Source of the DNA: an uncultured bacterium
GTDB lineage: Bacteria; Bdellovibrionota_B; Oligoflexia; Oligoflexales; RGVZ01
Direction of reading: 5' to 3'
Assembly: GCA_963923405.1 (NCBI GenBank)
Contig: CAWUNT010000001.1
Location: 1 to 26,508 of the forward strand
DNA length: 26,508 bases
Below, in pieces: positions 24,013 to 26,508 of this stretch (position 1 is the stretch's first letter; every line of letters begins with the position of its first letter). A program made the position numbers and the translations under genes. The notes beneath the pieces were generated by a model. That model was not told the origin of the DNA, did not search any database, and saw only the letters and a list, made by a program, of their open reading frames with translations.

Positions 24013-25596
24013 TTGAAATCGAAACAACATGAAAACCTGAAACAGGACATTGCCGCGATTGCGGCGAACCTGTCTGACAGTATCTTCTTTGTCTGGGACA
24101 TCGATCTGGACGAAGTTCAGGTCATCGCCGGCAGTTATGAGTCATTCGGGATTTCAGCGCCATCGATGACTTATTCACCGTCCTGGTGGATGAGCCGGAT
24201 CCATCCCCAAGACCGCCCGACGGTCATGCGACTCGTTTCATCGGTCGAGCCCGGCCAATCCAAAGTATCTTGTGAGTACCGGGTCCAGCGCGACGATGGC
24301 TCCTGGGCTGACGTCCTTGACCGGGCGCGCGTTGTCTGGCGCGAGGGGCGCGTGAGCCAGTTTGTTGGCGTGACGACGGACGTCTCGGTTCTCGCGTCAA
24401 CAAAACGCGAGCTCATCGAGGCGCGCAAGACCGCCGAGACCGCCTCCGCCACCAAATCACGATTTCTCGCCAACATGTCCCACGAGTTGCGCACGCCACT
24501 GAACGCCGTGACCGCGTCCATCGCGCTCCTGCGCAACAACAACATCAGCAAGTCGGAATCCCGCAAACTGCTCAGCGTGATCCAGCGCAATACGAATCAC
24601 GTGCTGCATCTTGTCGATGACATCCTTGACCTCGCCAAAGTTGAAGCCGGAATGCTGCGCATTGATCCCAAAAAGATACACCTCAAGAGTTTCCTGACCG
24701 AACTGACTGAGGTTTTTCAAATCCAGGCCAACGCGAAGGAATTGCATTTTTCGGTCGACATCACTGACGGAGTGCCGGAAGCGATTGAGACTGATCCCGC
24801 GCGCCTCAGGCAGATCCTGATCAACTTGACGGGTAACGCCCTCAAGTTCACGGATGCCGGGTTTGTGCGCCTTTCCGTTGGCGCCAAAAATGGACAACTT
24901 GAATTCCGGATCCGCGACAGTGGTCCCGGCATCGAAGGCACCATGGCGGCGAAGCTTTTCAACCCCTTCGTGCAACTCGATGAATCCCTCTCGCGCAAAC
25001 ATGGTGGGACAGGCCTTGGCCTGAACCTGTCAATGAAACTGGCGTCGACCCTCGGCGGCGAATTGACGCTCGAGTGTTCAACCCCTGGTCAGGGATCTAC
25101 TTTCCTGCTTGAGCTGCCGATGCTGGCTGCGTCACTGAATGACGTCGAGGAACTTCCAAATACGGTCAGTGACCAAAGGCATGAGCCGGGCAACACGCGC
25201 CTCTCCGGCAAGACCATCCTTCTCGTCGATGACGCGGTCGACAACCGGATGCTGTTCGAGAAACTTCTGGAACTGCGCGGCGCGCATGTCTTGCTGGCCG
25301 GGAACGGACTCCAGTGCGTTGAAGTCGTCGAGGCCAGCCGTGTTGACGGAACACTTCCCGACATCGTGCTCATGGACATCGAAATGCCCATCATGGACGG
25401 GCCGACCGCGCTGCGGCGACTCCGTGAAAACGGATTCAAGGGACCCGTCATCGCGATGACCGCGCACGCGATGAATGAGCACCGGGAAGAATACATCCGA
25501 CTGGGATTTGATGGATACGTGAGCAAACCAGTCGACCAGCAGGCGCTGGTCCGACTGATTTGCAAGCTCGTGGGGTCAGGCGGCCCCCTCCTTTGA
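24013..25596 (+). CDS. Cytoplasmic PAS hybrid histidine kinase (PAS-HisKA-HATPase-REC)
   Basis: PAS (SRIHPQDR...EYRVQRDDGSW...FVGVTTDV), H-box FLANMSHELRTPL, N-box NLTGNALKFT, DSGPGI, GGTGLGL, REC LLVDD/VLMDIEMP/SKP; no TM. Start TTG 24013 (AGGA SD) or GTG 23938. Confidence 0.94.
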   Translation: MKSKQHENLKQDIAAIAANLSDSIFFVWDIDLDEVQVIAGSYESFGISAPSMTYSPSWWMSRIHPQDRPTVMRLVSSVEPGQSKVSCEYRVQRDDGSWADVLDRARVVWREGRVSQFVGVTTDVSVLASTKRELIEARKTAETASATKSRFLANMSHELRTPLNAVTASIALLRNNNISKSESRKLLSVIQRNTNHVLHLVDDILDLAKVEAGMLRIDPKKIHLKSFLTELTEVFQIQANAKELHFSVDITDGVPEAIETDPARLRQILINLTGNALKFTDAGFVRLSVGAKNGQLEFRIRDSGPGIEGTMAAKLFNPFVQLDESLSRKHGGTGLGLNLSMKLASTLGGELTLECSTPGQGSTFLLELPMLAASLNDVEELPNTVSDQRHEPGNTRLSGKTILLVDDAVDNRMLFEKLLELRGAHVLLAGNGLQCVEVVEASRVDGTLPDIVLMDIEMPIMDGPTALRRLRENGFKGPVIAMTAHAMNEHREEYIRLGFDGYVSKPVDQQALVRLICKLVGSGGPLL

Positions 25597-25932
25597 TTCT
25601 TCGGATTCCTTTTCATGAGTCTTTGAATGGGCGCCCTCATGCCCTTTTTGCGCGGCTGCCTTGCGGCGCGCTGCCAGGCCGCGGCGGGCCTCGCCGCCCT
25701 TGCGTCCGATCAACGCCATGTGCGCCGTGTCGCGACTGACGATCTCGCCACCTTTGCGACCGGCCTTGCGGGCCTCTTCCGGTGTGAACTTGTGGGCCGT
25801 TCCCTTGACGTGCGCGGCACGACCGCCCTTGCGCGCGATGGCGCGCTGCGTTTCCGGGTCCATGGACGCGAATCCACGCAGGGACTTTGATTTGGTCGCC
25901 GGCTTGTCTTTCTCAGGGTGCTCTTTTTCCAT
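25576..25932 (-). CDS. KGG-repeat general stress protein (YciG/Con-10/GsiB-like)
   Basis: RGFASMDPETQRAIARKGG, AHKFTPEEARKAGRKGG, IGRKGG; AGGAG SD 7 nt before the ATG. Confidence 0.92.
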   Translation of the reverse strand: MEKEHPEKDKPATKSKSLRGFASMDPETQRAIARKGGRAAHVKGTAHKFTPEEARKAGRKGGEIVSRDTAHMALIGRKGGEARRGLAARRKAAAQKGHEGAHSKTHEKESEESKEGAA

Positions 25933-25986
25933 GCTTGTTCTCCTGACGTTGATGAAAGTCGCGAACTGCGCTTTTCATCACCGGAG

Positions 25987-26003
25987 AGCAAAACATGTGC
26001 CCG
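25987..26003 (-). promoter_or_regulatory. sigma54 -24/-12 promoter of the KGG gene
   Basis: Minus strand CGGGCACATGTTTTGCT (GG-N10-GC, TTGCT); predicted TSS about 44 nt before ATG 25932. Confidence 0.72.
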
Positions 26004-26007
26004 CGAT

Positions 26008-26508
26008 TCAGCGGGGCTTTTTCCCGGACTTGTTGCCGGCGTTCAGGAACGCCGCCGCAAGCGCGCTGCCGGAACTTCCCCTGGCCGCGATCGAGATCGT
26101 CGATGGAACAACCTCATCAGGATCAACGGCCTTTGCCGCGGCGCCGCCAGAGGTAACGGGCTGGACTTCGTCCTTCAACGAAACGCCGATCCTCTTCTTG
26201 ATCCGGTCAACGGCCGTCACCCGGACTTGCACTTGCTGACCAGGCTGAACGACCTCAGCCGGCCGGTTGATCCGGCGCTTGGAGGACATCTCCGAAATGT
26301 GCAGAAGGGCCTCGATACCGGGCGCGATCTCGACGAAGGCGCCGAACTCGGCAAGGCGCGTCACGGTTCCCGCAACCATGCGCTGAGGCGCGATGGATTC
26401 AGGCAAGTTGTCCCATGGATCCGCGTCGGCCTGCTTGATGCTGGCGGAAATCCTCGGTTTTCCCTGGAAAGACTCAAATTTCAGGATCTTGACGGTAACC
26501 GTCTCGCC
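26008..26508 (-). CDS. S1 RNA-binding repeat protein (ribosomal protein S1 or paralog), 3' part only
   Basis: Frame open to the window edge: GETVTVKILKF...KPRISASIKQ..DPW, then the S1 repeat GTVTRLAEFGAFVEIAPGIEALLHISEM...RIGVSLK. Confidence 0.88.
   Translation of the reverse strand, partial: GETVTVKILKFESFQGKPRISASIKQADADPWDNLPESIAPQRMVAGTVTRLAEFGAFVEIAPGIEALLHISEMSSKRRINRPAEVVQPGQQVQVRVTAVDRIKKRIGVSLKDEVQPVTSGGAAAKAVDPDEVVPSTISIAARGSSGSALAAAFLNAGNKSGKKPR

Overview
A gene-dense, roughly 60% GC bacterial window. Protein style (YfgM/BamB, MshEN, sigma54 enhancer-binding protein) suggests a former-deltaproteobacterial lineage such as Bdellovibrionota/Oligoflexia or Myxococcota; this is inference. 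The left half holds housekeeping and envelope genes: S8 subtilase, TatD, orphan lipoprotein, OM beta-barrel, secreted protein, GspG-like pseudopilin fusion, ManC, YfgM-BamB, stand-alone MshEN protein, MFS and DAACS transporters, an orphan FixJ-type regulator, and a TolC-RND pair with no adaptor gene. The main find is in the right half: an apparent sigma54-driven general-stress system. A cytoplasmic PAS hybrid histidine kinase, a stand-alone Hpt and an NtrC-family activator are interleaved with classic general-stress genes (KGG-repeat protein, CBS pair, half-ferritin-like protein, ElaB/YqjD-like tail-anchored protein missed by the ORF track, YqjE/YqjK-like pair, polyprenol-P-mannose synthase). 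Reading the DNA by eye gives seven GG-N10-GC (-24/-12) promoters plus one TTGA variant. Five sit about 30-50 nt upstream of a start codon, one of them ahead of the hpt-activator operon itself. Two point into ORF-free structured regions (candidate sRNAs). The best candidate (10978-11100, minus) begins at the predicted TSS and closes a 16-bp helix that is fully paired only on the promoter's strand. The kinase-Hpt-bEBP-sRNA topology recalls Vibrio LuxU/LuxO/Qrr. No rRNA, tRNA, CRISPR array or mobile element was seen. All motif, fold and family calls were made by eye without database searches.
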